Positions 38,554 to 48,673 are shown, counted from the first letter of the stretch. The stretch: DNA of 64,000 nucleotides from a candidate division WOR-3 bacterium (GCA_027050205.1 JALUCS010000093.1:1-64000), one strand, 5' to 3'. The notes: generated from the sequence alone by a model not told the origin. Program-made: numbers and translations.

Positions 38554-39522
38554 TTGTTTTTTTCTGAACCCGTCCGCGTGGGTGTCGTGGGGGTGGGTTA
38601 TCTGGGTTCGCTTCACGTCAAAAGGCTTAAAGAGATAGATTTCGCCCATCTGGTCGGTATCTACGACATAAACCCCTCCCGCGCCGGGGAGGTGGCCTCC
38701 GAGTACGGTACGGTAGCCTACCCCTCCCTCCAAGCCCTCATAGAGGACGTTGAGGCCGTGGTGATAGCAGCCCCGACGACCGCCCACTACGAGATAGCGC
38801 GGGAGAGCATAGTCAAAGGTAGGCACGTCTTCGTTGAGAAACCCCTAACCGACTCCCTTGAGACGGCGAGGGAGATAGTGCAGCTCTCCAAGAGGTACGG
38901 CGTCAAGGTTCAGGTGGGCCACATAGAGCGGTTCAACCCCGCCTTCATTGCTGCGAAGGAGTACATAGAAGGGAGGGTGTACTTCATAGAGAGCGTCCGG
39001 ATGAGCGTCTACAACCCCCGCGGTACGGACGTAGACGTCATCCTTGACCTGATGATACACGACATAGACCTCACCCTCTCCCTGATGGGGGAGGAGCCGG
39101 AATCCGTGAGCGCCGTCGGCATCCCGGTCATAACCGGAGACATAGACATCGCCAACGTCAGGTTGGAGTTCCCCTCCGGCTCCGCCGCCAATCTAACGGC
39201 GAGCCGCGTCTCCCTTGAGAAGATGAGGAAGTTCAGGGTCTTCGTTATGGACAGGTACCTCTCCATAGACCTCTACCGGAGGCGGATAGATATGGTGCAG
39301 AAGGTGGGGGACGAGCTTATCCCCTACTTCCCCCCCGTAGATGCCACGAAGGACGCCATAACGTTGGAGTTGGAGGCCTTCCTCAAGGCCGTAAGGGGAG
39401 AGGGAGAGGTGGCGGTGAGCGCCGAAGACGGCTACCGGAGTATGAAGGTGGCCGATACGATAAAGCGGAAGATATACGAGCGAATAAGGAGGGTGGAAGG
39501 GGATGCGGATACCCGGTCATGA
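38554..39522 (+). CDS. Gfo/Idh/MocA oxidoreductase
   Basis: GVGYLG, VEKP, QVGHIERFNP, DLMIHDID. Confidence 0.9.
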   Translation: MFFSEPVRVGVVGVGYLGSLHVKRLKEIDFAHLVGIYDINPSRAGEVASEYGTVAYPSLQALIEDVEAVVIAAPTTAHYEIARESIVKGRHVFVEKPLTDSLETAREIVQLSKRYGVKVQVGHIERFNPAFIAAKEYIEGRVYFIESVRMSVYNPRGTDVDVILDLMIHDIDLTLSLMGEEPESVSAVGIPVITGDIDIANVRLEFPSGSAANLTASRVSLEKMRKFRVFVMDRYLSIDLYRRRIDMVQKVGDELIPYFPPVDATKDAITLELEAFLKAVRGEGEVAVSAEDGYRSMKVADTIKRKIYERIRRVEGDADTRS

Positions 39523-39889
39523 CCTCTGCTTCGTATGCGGCAGGAACTCCCGTATAGGGCTGGACTTTGAGGAGAGGGACGGGTGGATGTGCGCCACCTT
39601 TAGACCTACGGAGGAGTTCCAGAGCTTCAAAGGGATCATTCACGGGGGAATAATAGCCTCCGTCCTCGCCGAGGCGATGGGCATGGCCGTCTCCCTCCTT
39701 GAGGGGAGGTTCTTGGGTAAGCGGATAGGCGTTGAGTACCACGCCCCCGTCCGGCCAGGAAGGAGGTACAGGGTGTGCGGTAAGGTCGTCCGCAGGGAGG
39801 GCAGGAAGATCTTCGCCGTCGCCGAAATCTACGACTCGGATGGGAAGGTCTGCGCCGACGCGGAGGGACTTTTCATAGCCCTCCCTTAG
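39503..39889 (+). CDS. PaaI family thioesterase
   Basis: CFVCG..S.IGL, IIHGGIIASVLAEAM. Confidence 0.85.
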   Translation: MRIPGHDLCFVCGRNSRIGLDFEERDGWMCATFRPTEEFQSFKGIIHGGIIASVLAEAMGMAVSLLEGRFLGKRIGVEYHAPVRPGRRYRVCGKVVRREGRKIFAVAEIYDSDGKVCADAEGLFIALP

Positions 39890-41007
39890 AGGACCTCCCC
39901 GTATATCTCCCGGATTATCCTGTTGTTCAGGTACTCCTCCGCCGGTAGATCCGTCTGGAGGACCACCCCACCTTGCATACCCTCCGGGAGGACGTCGTAG
40001 GCTGCTATGGCCCCTCCGGACGTGGTGGCCTGTATCGCCGATAGGCGGAAATCTCCGTAGAGGGCGGGCCTGACCTCAACGAGCCTCTCCATAGCCCTTA
40101 GCTCCCCCTCGGAGTCGTATCCAGCAACGGAGACGTAGACCACCACCCAGTCCTCCTCCACCAAGGGTATCCTCTTAAGCTCCTCAAGGAGCCTCTCTAT
40201 CTTCTCGTTGTGGGGGAGGTACCGCCAGGTCTCAAGGAGGGACCTCGCCCAGTCGTAGTGTCCGGGCCACCTCAAGGTCTTGTAATCCAACCTCCGTACC
40301 TTACCGGCGAAGTACTCCGGCGTGGTGGAGGCCCCACCGGACGTCAGATCCGCCTCCAGGACCCTGCCGTTGAGTATCAGGGTCTCCGGCTCCGATAGGG
40401 AGGGGACGAGCTGTATCCCACCGTCCCGGAGTACCACCGAAGGCTCAACGTACTCAACGGCCACACCGGCGGCGCTCCAGGTCCTAGCGTAGAAGTAGGG
40501 GGAGGAGACGTTGGGGGTGAGGGCGCCCACCCTCATCCTCACCTCGTCGGGGTACTTACCGTACTCCTTCAGGAACCTCTCCGCGAGATAGACGGCGAGG
40601 ACGTTTACGAAACCGGGAGCCAGGCCGGCCTGGAGGACGAAGACGGGCGGGTTCTCGGCCTCGGCCACCATCCGCCTTATGGCTTCGGTGGCCTTCACGT
40701 GTTCGGTGAGGTTGACGTAGTTCGTGGAGGTCCTCAAAGCGGCCTCCGCCATACGGGTGGCCTCCCTACCGGGGAGACAGTCAAAGAGGACGTCCGCTTC
40801 GGACAGGATGGCGAGGAACTCCTCGCTTAGGCCCTCCGACGGTAGGTGGAAGGCCTCACCGCCTACGAGGTGCGCTATGGCCTCCGCCTTTTCCCTCCTC
40901 CTGCCCCCCACTAAGATGCGGGCCTCCGGATAGAACCTCCGCACGAGTATGGCCGTGGATTTGGCTACGATGCCAGAACCGGCTATGGCTACGGTCTTGG
41001 GTTTCAT
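39886..41007 (-). CDS. Saccharopine dehydrogenase family protein
   Basis: GSGIVA, GLAPGFVN, TWS..G...EY, YKTLRWPGH. Confidence 0.85.
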   Translation of the reverse strand: MKPKTVAIAGSGIVAKSTAILVRRFYPEARILVGGRRREKAEAIAHLVGGEAFHLPSEGLSEEFLAILSEADVLFDCLPGREATRMAEAALRTSTNYVNLTEHVKATEAIRRMVAEAENPPVFVLQAGLAPGFVNVLAVYLAERFLKEYGKYPDEVRMRVGALTPNVSSPYFYARTWSAAGVAVEYVEPSVVLRDGGIQLVPSLSEPETLILNGRVLEADLTSGGASTTPEYFAGKVRRLDYKTLRWPGHYDWARSLLETWRYLPHNEKIERLLEELKRIPLVEEDWVVVYVSVAGYDSEGELRAMERLVEVRPALYGDFRLSAIQATTSGGAIAAYDVLPEGMQGGVVLQTDLPAEEYLNNRIIREIYGEVL

Positions 41008-41075
41008 AACCGGCGATTATACCTGTGTAGGGCGTTTGCATCGCCCCAACTTTCGGGCGTATAATAGCGGGTGCC

Positions 41076-41747
41076 ATGGGTTTTCTAAGGGAAGAAGACA
41101 GGGCTTATTTGCGTCAAAAGTTCGGGGCGGAGCTGGAGAAACCGGTCGTCTTGCTCTTTTTTAAGAAAAACATCGGGTGCGACTACTGTGAGGACGAGGA
41201 AAAGCTCCTTAAAGAGGTGGCGGAGCTTTCCGATAAGATAGAGGTGGTGGTGAAGAACGTTGTTACCGACAAGGCGGAGGCGGAGAAGTACGCCATCCAC
41301 GACGCCCCTGCCCTCGCCATACTTCAGAAGACGGAGGAGGGCGACCTGATAGACTTCGGGATGAGGTACTTCGGCATACCCGCCGGCTACGAGTTCTCCG
41401 CCCTGATAGAGAGCATCGTCCTCGCCTCCACCGGTCGCTCCGGTCTGTCCCCGGAGATAGAGGAGCAGATAAAGGACATAGACAAGGACATAGTCATCTA
41501 CGTCTTCGTCACGCCAACGTGTCCCTACTGTCCCCGTGCCGTCCTCACCTCCCACCGCTTCGCCGTAGCAAATCCCCACATAAAGGGCTATATGATAGAG
41601 GCCTTGGAGTACCCCCACTGGGCCGACCAGTACCACGTTCACGCCGTACCCAAGATCGTTATAAACGACATCGTTGAGTTTGAGGGGGCATATCCGGAAC
41701 CTTTCTTCGCCGAGAAGATAAGGGAAGCGGCAGCCTTAACTAAGTAA
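41076..41747 (+). CDS. Protein disulfide oxidoreductase (two thioredoxin folds)
   Basis: CDYC and CPYC; GIPAGYEFSALI. Confidence 0.9.
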   Translation: MGFLREEDRAYLRQKFGAELEKPVVLLFFKKNIGCDYCEDEEKLLKEVAELSDKIEVVVKNVVTDKAEAEKYAIHDAPALAILQKTEEGDLIDFGMRYFGIPAGYEFSALIESIVLASTGRSGLSPEIEEQIKDIDKDIVIYVFVTPTCPYCPRAVLTSHRFAVANPHIKGYMIEALEYPHWADQYHVHAVPKIVINDIVEFEGAYPEPFFAEKIREAAALTK

Positions 41748-41762
41748 GAGGAGGTTTAGGCA

Positions 41763-41945
41763 ATGACTTCACCGAGAAGGAGACAGTCTGCGACGAGAGG
41801 GAGGAAGAGGAGGACCCACTGGAAGGTCAGGAGGCCGGCCCTATCCACGTGTCCCTCCTGCGGCAAGCCCAAGCCTCCCCACTTCGCCTGTCCCCACTGT
41901 GGGTACTACAAGGGGAGGGTGGCCATAGTGGTTGAGATGAAGTGA
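41763..41945 (+). CDS. rpmF: 50S ribosomal protein L32
   Basis: P.RRQS.TR..KRRTH, CPSCG..KPPH.ACPHCGYYKGR. Confidence 0.95.
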   Translation: MTSPRRRQSATRGRKRRTHWKVRRPALSTCPSCGKPKPPHFACPHCGYYKGRVAIVVEMK

Positions 41946-42934
41946 TGCGGGTCGCCCTGGACGCCTTCGGTACGGACAACGCCCCGCTACCGGAGATAAG
42001 GGGCGCCCTCAAGGTCTTGGAGGAGGAGAGGGATATAGAGGTAGTTTTGGTGGGCGATGAAAGGATAATAAGGGACCACCTTGACGAGATTCCTCCCCGC
42101 CTGCACGTGGTCCACGCCCCTGACAGGGTCTTCCACCACGATAAACCCTCGGAAGTTTTGAAGAAGCGACCCGAATCCTCCATGGCCATCGCTATGGACT
42201 TGGTAAGGAAAGGGGAAGCCGACGCCTTCATATCCGCTGGCAACACGGGGGCCGTTATGGCCTTCGCCCTAAGGAAGCTGGGGAGGATCCGGGGGGTCAG
42301 GAGGCCGGCCATCGGCGCCCTCTTCCCGAACATAAACGAAGGGAGGACCCTCGTCCTGGACATGGGGGCCAACATCCACGTCTCCTCCGACATCCTCGTA
42401 CAGTTCGGCATAATGGGGGCGGCCTTCTACAACGCTCTCTTCCACCGCCACCCGAGGCTCGCCCTCCTAAACATCGGGGAGGAGGAGGGGAAAGGGGGGG
42501 ACGTGATAGTCAAGGCGAGGAGAAAGCTTGAGACGATGGATGCCCACTACCGCTTCGTCGGCTACGTTGAGGGCCACGAGATCCTTATGGACAAGGCCGA
42601 CGTGATAGTTATGGACGGCTTCGTGGGGAACGTCCTCCTGAAGTTCGGAGAGAGCGTCCTAAGTATCATCCTTGAGTTCATAAAGAGGGAGGTGAAGGGG
42701 AATCCGAGGGCCTTGCTCGGTGCGATGCTGCTGAAACCGGCCTTCAAGGCCGTTCGGAAGAAGGCGGACTTTGAGGAGTACGGGGGCGCCCCCTTAATAG
42801 GCGTGAACGGTATCGTGATAATAGCCCACGGCCGTTCCTCCGCCCGTGCCATACACAACGCCATCCTCGTCGCCCGTACCCTCCACAACCACAAGCTCTT
42901 AGAGAAGACTCGCAGGTACTTGGAGGAGGCCTAA
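41945..42934 (+). CDS. plsX: Phosphate acyltransferase
   Basis: ALDAFGTDNAP, SAGNTGA, DGFVGNV.LK, AHGRS. Confidence 0.95.
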   Translation: MRVALDAFGTDNAPLPEIRGALKVLEEERDIEVVLVGDERIIRDHLDEIPPRLHVVHAPDRVFHHDKPSEVLKKRPESSMAIAMDLVRKGEADAFISAGNTGAVMAFALRKLGRIRGVRRPAIGALFPNINEGRTLVLDMGANIHVSSDILVQFGIMGAAFYNALFHRHPRLALLNIGEEEGKGGDVIVKARRKLETMDAHYRFVGYVEGHEILMDKADVIVMDGFVGNVLLKFGESVLSIILEFIKREVKGNPRALLGAMLLKPAFKAVRKKADFEEYGGAPLIGVNGIVIIAHGRSSARAIHNAILVARTLHNHKLLEKTRRYLEEA

Positions 42935-44064
42935 CCGGTATATAGGTCCACGAACTGCTCTATCACCCTGTCCCAGGAGAAGAGGCGGGAGCGGGCGTAG
43001 GCCCTCCTACCCATCTCCAACCTCGTACTTTCGTCTAAAAACATCCTTTCTATGGCCTTAGAGAGGGAGAGGGGGTCGTCGGGGGGAACGAACAGGGCGG
43101 TATCCTCCGTTGCCACCTCGTTGTACCCCGGAATGTCCGTTACGACCACTGGCCTACCGCTGGCGAAGGCCTCAAGTATCACTATGCCGAAAGCTTCCCC
43201 ACCCTTGGCGGGGAAGACGGCGAAGTCGGAGGAGGTGTAGAAGCGGGGGAAGTCCGGGTCTCCCATGGGGACGTTATCGTAGAGGAGGACGTTGCCGTAG
43301 GTAGCCTTGGCCTTCAGGACGGAGTCCCTTAGGGGGCCGTTTCCCACTACCACCAACTTGTACCTCTCCCCGAAGCCCTCCATCCTCCGGGATAGAATCC
43401 CCCACGCCTCTATCAGGGTATCCACCCCCTTACGGGCGTCCAACCTCCCCACGAAAAGGGCGGTCTTCCTACCGTCAATGAGGTGGGAGAGGGGGGGGAG
43501 GTCCGGCCTGAACACCTCCGTATCTACGGCGTTCGGGACCACCTTAACCCCGGATATGCCGAAGAGTTCCTCCATCTCCCTAGCCGTGGAGCGGGAGGGA
43601 GCGGTTAGGGCGTGGTGAAGCCGTACGAGGGGTGATAGGAGCCTGCCGGTTAGCCGGAAGGTGGCGTTTAACTCCATCCTCTTGCTGTGGAAGGTACCCA
43701 CCCGCCTTACGGAGGGGGCTATCTTTGAGACGAAGAGGGCGGAGAGCATGGAGTAGGGGGGGCCGAGAGGCCCCTGATTGTGGAAGACGGTTATCCCGTA
43801 CCTCCTTATCACCTCCTTGAACTTCCCATAGACCCTGTGGGGGTGGTCCTTTATGAACCACGTAAAACTCCCGTTAGCGAAGACCTTGCCCACTCCCCCC
43901 ACCCTCTCAACGGGAAAGGGGGTTTCGGGTATCCCTTCGTATCCCCCCGTCAGGACGACGGTCTCGTACCCCCTGCGGTGGAGGTGATAGGCCAGCTCGT
44001 AGGCAAACTTGGCTACCCCCGTCTTCAGGGGGAGGAAGCTCTCGGAGAATATGAGGACCCTCAT
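42931..44064 (-). CDS. Glycosyltransferase family 4 (PimA-like)
   Basis: FVGRLDARKG, GGEAFGIVILEAFASG. Confidence 0.85.
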   Translation of the reverse strand: MRVLIFSESFLPLKTGVAKFAYELAYHLHRRGYETVVLTGGYEGIPETPFPVERVGGVGKVFANGSFTWFIKDHPHRVYGKFKEVIRRYGITVFHNQGPLGPPYSMLSALFVSKIAPSVRRVGTFHSKRMELNATFRLTGRLLSPLVRLHHALTAPSRSTAREMEELFGISGVKVVPNAVDTEVFRPDLPPLSHLIDGRKTALFVGRLDARKGVDTLIEAWGILSRRMEGFGERYKLVVVGNGPLRDSVLKAKATYGNVLLYDNVPMGDPDFPRFYTSSDFAVFPAKGGEAFGIVILEAFASGRPVVVTDIPGYNEVATEDTALFVPPDDPLSLSKAIERMFLDESTRLEMGRRAYARSRLFSWDRVIEQFVDLYTG

Positions 44065-44399
44065 TCGGAGCCGGGGAGGAGGCGGTTAGGGAGGTTGCCA
44101 GATAGGACGTGGATATGTACGTGCATCACCGTTTGGCCCACGGAGGCACCGTTCTTATTGACCACCCTGAAGGAGTCCAGGTTAAACATCCGGGCTACCT
44201 CGCGGATGGCCTTGAATAGCTCGTAGGCCGTCTGCTCGTCCTCTATCTCGTCAAGCCTCTCGTAATGCTCCTTCGGTATTACGAGGATATGCACATCGGC
44301 CTCCGGGCGTATGGTGTGGAAGGCTATCACCTTCTCGCTCTCGTATACAACGCGGGCCTTCTCCTCTCCCTTCGCTATGCGGCAGAAGACGCACTCCAT
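44061..44399 (-). CDS. HIT family nucleotide hydrolase
   Basis: CVFCRI, GQTVMHVHIHVL. Confidence 0.92.
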   Translation of the reverse strand: MECVFCRIAKGEEKARVVYESEKVIAFHTIRPEADVHILVIPKEHYERLDEIEDEQTAYELFKAIREVARMFNLDSFRVVNKNGASVGQTVMHVHIHVLSGNLPNRLLPGSE

Positions 44400-44471
44400 C
44401 GCCCGGAATTGTAAGCCGGATAAAGGCCCCACCACACCCACCTTTCCACCGTATAATATCAACCTCTAACT

Positions 44472-44545
44472 GGGCGCGTAGCTCAGGCGGTTAGAGCGCT
44501 CGTTTGACATGCGAGAGGTCGGAGGTTCGACTCCTCCCGCGCCCA
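44472..44545 (+). tRNA. tRNA-Val(GAC)
   Basis: Anticodon arm CTCGT-TT-GAC-AT-GCGAG. Confidence 0.95.
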
Positions 44546-44547
44546 CT

Positions 44548-44570
44548 TGGGCCGAAAGGCCCATTTTTTT
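44548..44570 (+). terminator. Intrinsic terminator
   Basis: TGGGCC-GAAA-GGCCCA hairpin followed by a T run. Confidence 0.85.
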
Positions 44571-44593
44571 GTTGGTGGAGCATAGGAGATGCC

Positions 44594-45360
44594 TTCCAAA
44601 ATCCGCAAATGGGATTGTAAGAATCTTGAAGTACAACTTACGGTTTATTGAGGTCTGATTTTCAGCTTTTGAAAGGACAGACGATCTTCACATCCCTCCC
44701 GGATACAACTTCAGGCGATGGACCCTCCATCGGTATAGGTCGCTTCCCAGTATTCGGCGACTTTGACAACGGCCCCCGATGATCCGCCGAAACGGAATTC
44801 TCCGTATGATAGGTGCCAAAATCCCAAATCCCGATGAGCGATCTCCCTAAACCCGGCTTCAACTCTCCGGGGTAGGACCCGGCAATAAACTTCAAAATCT
44901 TGCCATCAGCTTGCAGTAATCCCAAAGCGCGATTGTCAGCTTTTCAACTTTTGAAGGTGCGAACGGGAGGAGTACCTGTCGGCGTAGTGCCGAATTCTTT
45001 GACGGAGATTGCGGGAATTTTGAAACGCAATTAATATTTTTTAAAGTCAATTTTGCGGTTTTTAAAACATACCCAAACATCCATTCATCTTTAATTCACC
45101 AAAAGTGCGAGTCTTTACCGATACTACTCAAAATTTGACATCAGGCGTAATACCAACGGGGAGAGCCTATCCAATTGAGGGCATTCTGTGGATGGGGTGA
45201 TATCCATCCTAAGGGAGTCGGCGGTATGAAATTCTCCATATCACAGGAGGGAGGTTTTCCCTGGTCCCTTTCAAAATCCGTTAATGGGAGTATAGGAATC
45301 TTGAGGTCCGACTATCATCAAGTTTCCTAAAGTCTGACTTTCAGTTTTTGAAGGTGCGGT
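44594..45360 (+). repeat. Second cluster of the degenerate intergenic repeat family (~4 copies)
   Basis: Copies near 44594, 44890, 44990 and 45269; AATCCGTTAATGGGA (45275) recurs inverted at 36776..36790. Confidence 0.7.
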
Positions 45361-45656
45361 TGGGGTGATGTCGGGTGGAAGGTAGGCTATCCCTCACCTT
45401 CCCGTCCAAAGGTGGGCCGTCCGTTCAAAATTGGCCATAAGGAGTACAAGGACGTTATCAGTGAAATACCGGACGGAGCATCACCCTATCGGTGCAATGC
45501 CAAATTGAGTTCAAAATTGAGATTTTGCAGAGCAACCAGTAGGCGGAAGGATCCTTCCCACCCCAAACCCTTCAAGGGTAGTGCAACGTCAGGTATCGGA
45601 CCGAGAACTTGAGGTGAGACTTACCGACGCCCTCGCCCATCAAGGCCAATGGAACC

Positions 45657-46391
45657 CTATCCCAGGTCCCTCCTCATCTCCGACCATCCGGCCGTAGCCC
45701 TATCCCGTGGGAGGTACAGGACCTTCGTCGGCCTTATATCTACCCCGTAGTCCCGCAGTATCCTGTCCCTTACCTCCTTTATCCTCCAGAAGAAGAGTAG
45801 CCTCCCGCCATGGGGGGCCGTGGTCCATCTGCCGAGCCGGAGGGGTACCTCCCATTCCTTCACCTCGTTTAGGAGGTTCCCGTAGAACTCACCGAGGACG
45901 GGGTTGTCCCTAAGGAAACCCTGCTCCATCCTTATCAGGGCCTCCGTGAAGGACCTACCCGCATACTTAAGCCTCTCCCAAGCCTCTGCTTCCACCTCAA
46001 CTGGTACTTCCAACGTGCCGTAGAAGGCCTCGGTACGGAAGTCCCGAACATCGTACCCTTTCTTCAGGTCTAAGACCTCCACCACCACCTTGGAAAGCCC
46101 CTCTTCGGGTAGGGGGATACGCTCCGGGACACGTAAGCCCTTCAGTATCGGATACCTCTCAAACACCATTCCGTATACCCGTTCCGCGAGGGCTTCCATC
46201 TCCAACTTCCCGCCGGTCAGGTACCTTCTAACCGCCGCCTCAAGGCTACCGTCCTTCTTAACGAAGTAGAAGACGACGGCGTCCTTTACAGCCTCCGTCA
46301 GGTAATCGCCGGGTACGTAGGGCCTACCGTCCTCGTCCCGTGGGAACGCTCGCCCCTTTGATAGGATCCTCGTCCAAGTCAGCAGGAACAC
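45657..46391 (-). CDS. Orphan RAMP-like (Csm5/Cas7-group-like) protein
   Basis: GRPYVPG..L.EAV..A resembles the RAMP 'PYIPGSSLKGAIRTA' motif; LRLG and terminal P.T....GW recall Csm5; no cas neighbours. Confidence 0.45.
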   Translation of the reverse strand: MFLLTWTRILSKGRAFPRDEDGRPYVPGDYLTEAVKDAVVFYFVKKDGSLEAAVRRYLTGGKLEMEALAERVYGMVFERYPILKGLRVPERIPLPEEGLSKVVVEVLDLKKGYDVRDFRTEAFYGTLEVPVEVEAEAWERLKYAGRSFTEALIRMEQGFLRDNPVLGEFYGNLLNEVKEWEVPLRLGRWTTAPHGGRLLFFWRIKEVRDRILRDYGVDIRPTKVLYLPRDRATAGWSEMRRDLG

Positions 46392-46719
46392 GAACGTATT
46401 GTAAGGCCGAAATTATGTGAGATTTTACTGCGAATGTTTGGGCGTAGGGTGGGTAGTCCTGTGATGGGAAGTTTATAAGAAAGTTTAAGAAAATTTGCAT
46501 AAATTTTGTCATAAAATTTAAGAATTCTTTCCGTACTCGTAGGGAAGTTTGGCCCTTAGCACGGAGACCGTAGGCGGTGGTCAATTTCCCTCTCTTCCGT
46601 ACGCCTCCGTTTCACCCCTCAAGTGGTTCAATTTTCGCATAAGCTGTATGGAGTTAGGCTCCTCCGTAGGTTTCCGCTCCCTCATCCCTGCGTTCCATCC
46701 GCAGGATAATATCCAACCC

Positions 46720-47880
46720 TTGGATAGGACCCTAGTCGGCCTCCTGAAACTGCACAAGTTGGGTTCGCTCCTCGCTTTCGTGGACGGGGTGGAGGAGAGG
46801 GGAAACAGCATAGTCCTGAAGTGTAGGAACGAGATCCTAGCCCGCCTCCTGCAGGAGAGGTTTGCCAACCATATACGGGACGTAGAAGCGAGGCTCGGTA
46901 TAAAGGTGGTGCTAACCTACCCACAGGGGGGGAAGAAGGTCTTCCGGGAGACCTTTGACAACTTCTTCTACGGTAAGGAAAACGAGTTCACGGTGGCGGC
47001 CCTGCGGAGCGTCGCCCTCGGCGGAGGTTTGGCTTCCTCCGTCTTCTTAACCGCCGAGGCTGGCATGGGCAAGACCCACCTCCTCAAGGCTACGGCTAAC
47101 CTCGCCCAGTTCGCCGGTAGGAAGGCCGTATATCTCACCGCCGGCAAGATCATGGAGCGACTGGTGGGGGCTTACAGGAGCGGTGGGAGGCCGGACTTCT
47201 CCAACCTCAAGGATGCCGAGGTCGTCCTGATAGACGACGTCCATACCCTCAAGGGCAAGGTCTTCGCCTTGGAGTTCCTATCCCGCCTTATGGATAGGGC
47301 CAACTCAACGGGGAGGACGGTGGTCATGGCCTCGGAGATCGGGCCGAAAGGCTTCCGCAAGCCCAAATCCTTCCGCAACAGGCTTATGTCCAACCTCGTC
47401 CTCAAGATCCACCCGTACCCTGCTGCCGTACGGAGGAGGATCCTCCACGCCCGGTTGTCTCTCCACGGGGTGTCCCTACCTCCGGATTACGAGGGCTACG
47501 TCCTTGAGAGGGTCCATAACCCCCGCGCCCTCCTAGGGGTCGCCGTCAGGGTTAGGGCGCATACCGATATTTACGGGACGCTTCCGGACTTTACCACCTT
47601 CCGCAACCTCATATCCGACCTCACCGACGACGATGGAGAGGACGTCTTTTCCCTCTTCGGTGTCAGGGATACCCGGAGGAAGGGGGCCAACTTCTACCTC
47701 GCCGTATATGCTATGAGACTCCTCGGTTTCAAGGCGACGGAGATAGCAGAGAGGGTCGGATGCTCAAGGGCGAGCGTGTATAACTACATAAAGCGGGCGA
47801 AGGCGATCCTCAAGAACGACCCCGATAAGGCGGAGGAGTTCAACGGTAAGCTGAAGGTGCTTCGGAGGGACCTCCTGTAG
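46720..47880 (+). CDS. Divergent DnaA-like AAA+ protein with C-terminal HTH (start uncertain: 46648 or 46720)
   Basis: TFDNFFYGKEN, AEAGMGKTHLL, LIDDVHTLKGK; C-terminal ATEIAERVGCSRASVYN HTH. Confidence 0.75.
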   Translation: MDRTLVGLLKLHKLGSLLAFVDGVEERGNSIVLKCRNEILARLLQERFANHIRDVEARLGIKVVLTYPQGGKKVFRETFDNFFYGKENEFTVAALRSVALGGGLASSVFLTAEAGMGKTHLLKATANLAQFAGRKAVYLTAGKIMERLVGAYRSGGRPDFSNLKDAEVVLIDDVHTLKGKVFALEFLSRLMDRANSTGRTVVMASEIGPKGFRKPKSFRNRLMSNLVLKIHPYPAAVRRRILHARLSLHGVSLPPDYEGYVLERVHNPRALLGVAVRVRAHTDIYGTLPDFTTFRNLISDLTDDDGEDVFSLFGVRDTRRKGANFYLAVYAMRLLGFKATEIAERVGCSRASVYNYIKRAKAILKNDPDKAEEFNGKLKVLRRDLL

Positions 47881-47889
47881 AATGCCCAC

Positions 47890-48672
47890 TTGAAGAGGCT
47901 GACGGCCGAGGATTTGAAGTCCTACGATGCCATCGTGTGCGATCTGGACGGTGTCATATACAGGGGTAGGCGGGTGATAGAGGGGAACGTCTCAGTCCTC
48001 CTCCGGCTCCAGAGAGAGGGGAAGGTAGTCCGGTTCCTAACCAACAACTCCACCCGCACGCCGGAACATTACGTAGAGAGGTTGAGGAGCCTCGGTTTTG
48101 CCGTAGGGGAGGGGGACGTCATCACGAGCGGTCTGGCTACGGGTATGTACCTCAAGGAGGAGGGGATCTCCAGCGCCTACGTCGTCGGTTCCCCCGCCCT
48201 TAGGGAGGTTTTGAGGCGGTACGGTGTGAGGTTTTCCCCCAAGGGGGCGGAGGTAGTGGTCGTGGGTATGGATCCGCGTTTCAACTACCGAAAGCTTCGC
48301 CGGGCAGCATCCCTCGTGTACTCCGGTGTGAGGTTCGTCGCCACCAACCCCGATACCTCCCTCCCCGTTGAGAACGGTGTCCTCCCCGGTGCCGGGTCCA
48401 TGGTGGCGGCTATATCGGCCGCGGCGGGCAGGAATCCCGACGTCATCGTTGGAAAGCCCAACCCGACCATATTCCGTATGGCTACGAGGGACCTAAAGGA
48501 AAAGAGGGTTCTCTTCGTAGGGGACAGGTTGAACACGGACATACTCGGCGGGAACCGGGCCGGCTTGGATACCCTCCTCGTCCTCACCGGGGTCCACGGC
48601 TTAGAGGACGTAGAGCGTCTGGGCATAATCCCCACCTACTACGCCCCCTCCCTCTCCTCCGTACTCAACTGA
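47890..48672 (+). CDS. HAD-IIA (NagD-like) hydrolase
   Basis: DLDGVIY, TNNS, GKP, GDRLNTDI. Confidence 0.92.
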   Translation: MKRLTAEDLKSYDAIVCDLDGVIYRGRRVIEGNVSVLLRLQREGKVVRFLTNNSTRTPEHYVERLRSLGFAVGEGDVITSGLATGMYLKEEGISSAYVVGSPALREVLRRYGVRFSPKGAEVVVVGMDPRFNYRKLRRAASLVYSGVRFVATNPDTSLPVENGVLPGAGSMVAAISAAAGRNPDVIVGKPNPTIFRMATRDLKEKRVLFVGDRLNTDILGGNRAGLDTLLVLTGVHGLEDVERLGIIPTYYAPSLSSVLN

Positions 48673-48673
48673 C

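Noticed and set aside
44550..45650. CRISPR array next to the RAMP-like gene
   Set aside because: No identical, regularly spaced repeats; the motifs are degenerate and irregularly spaced.
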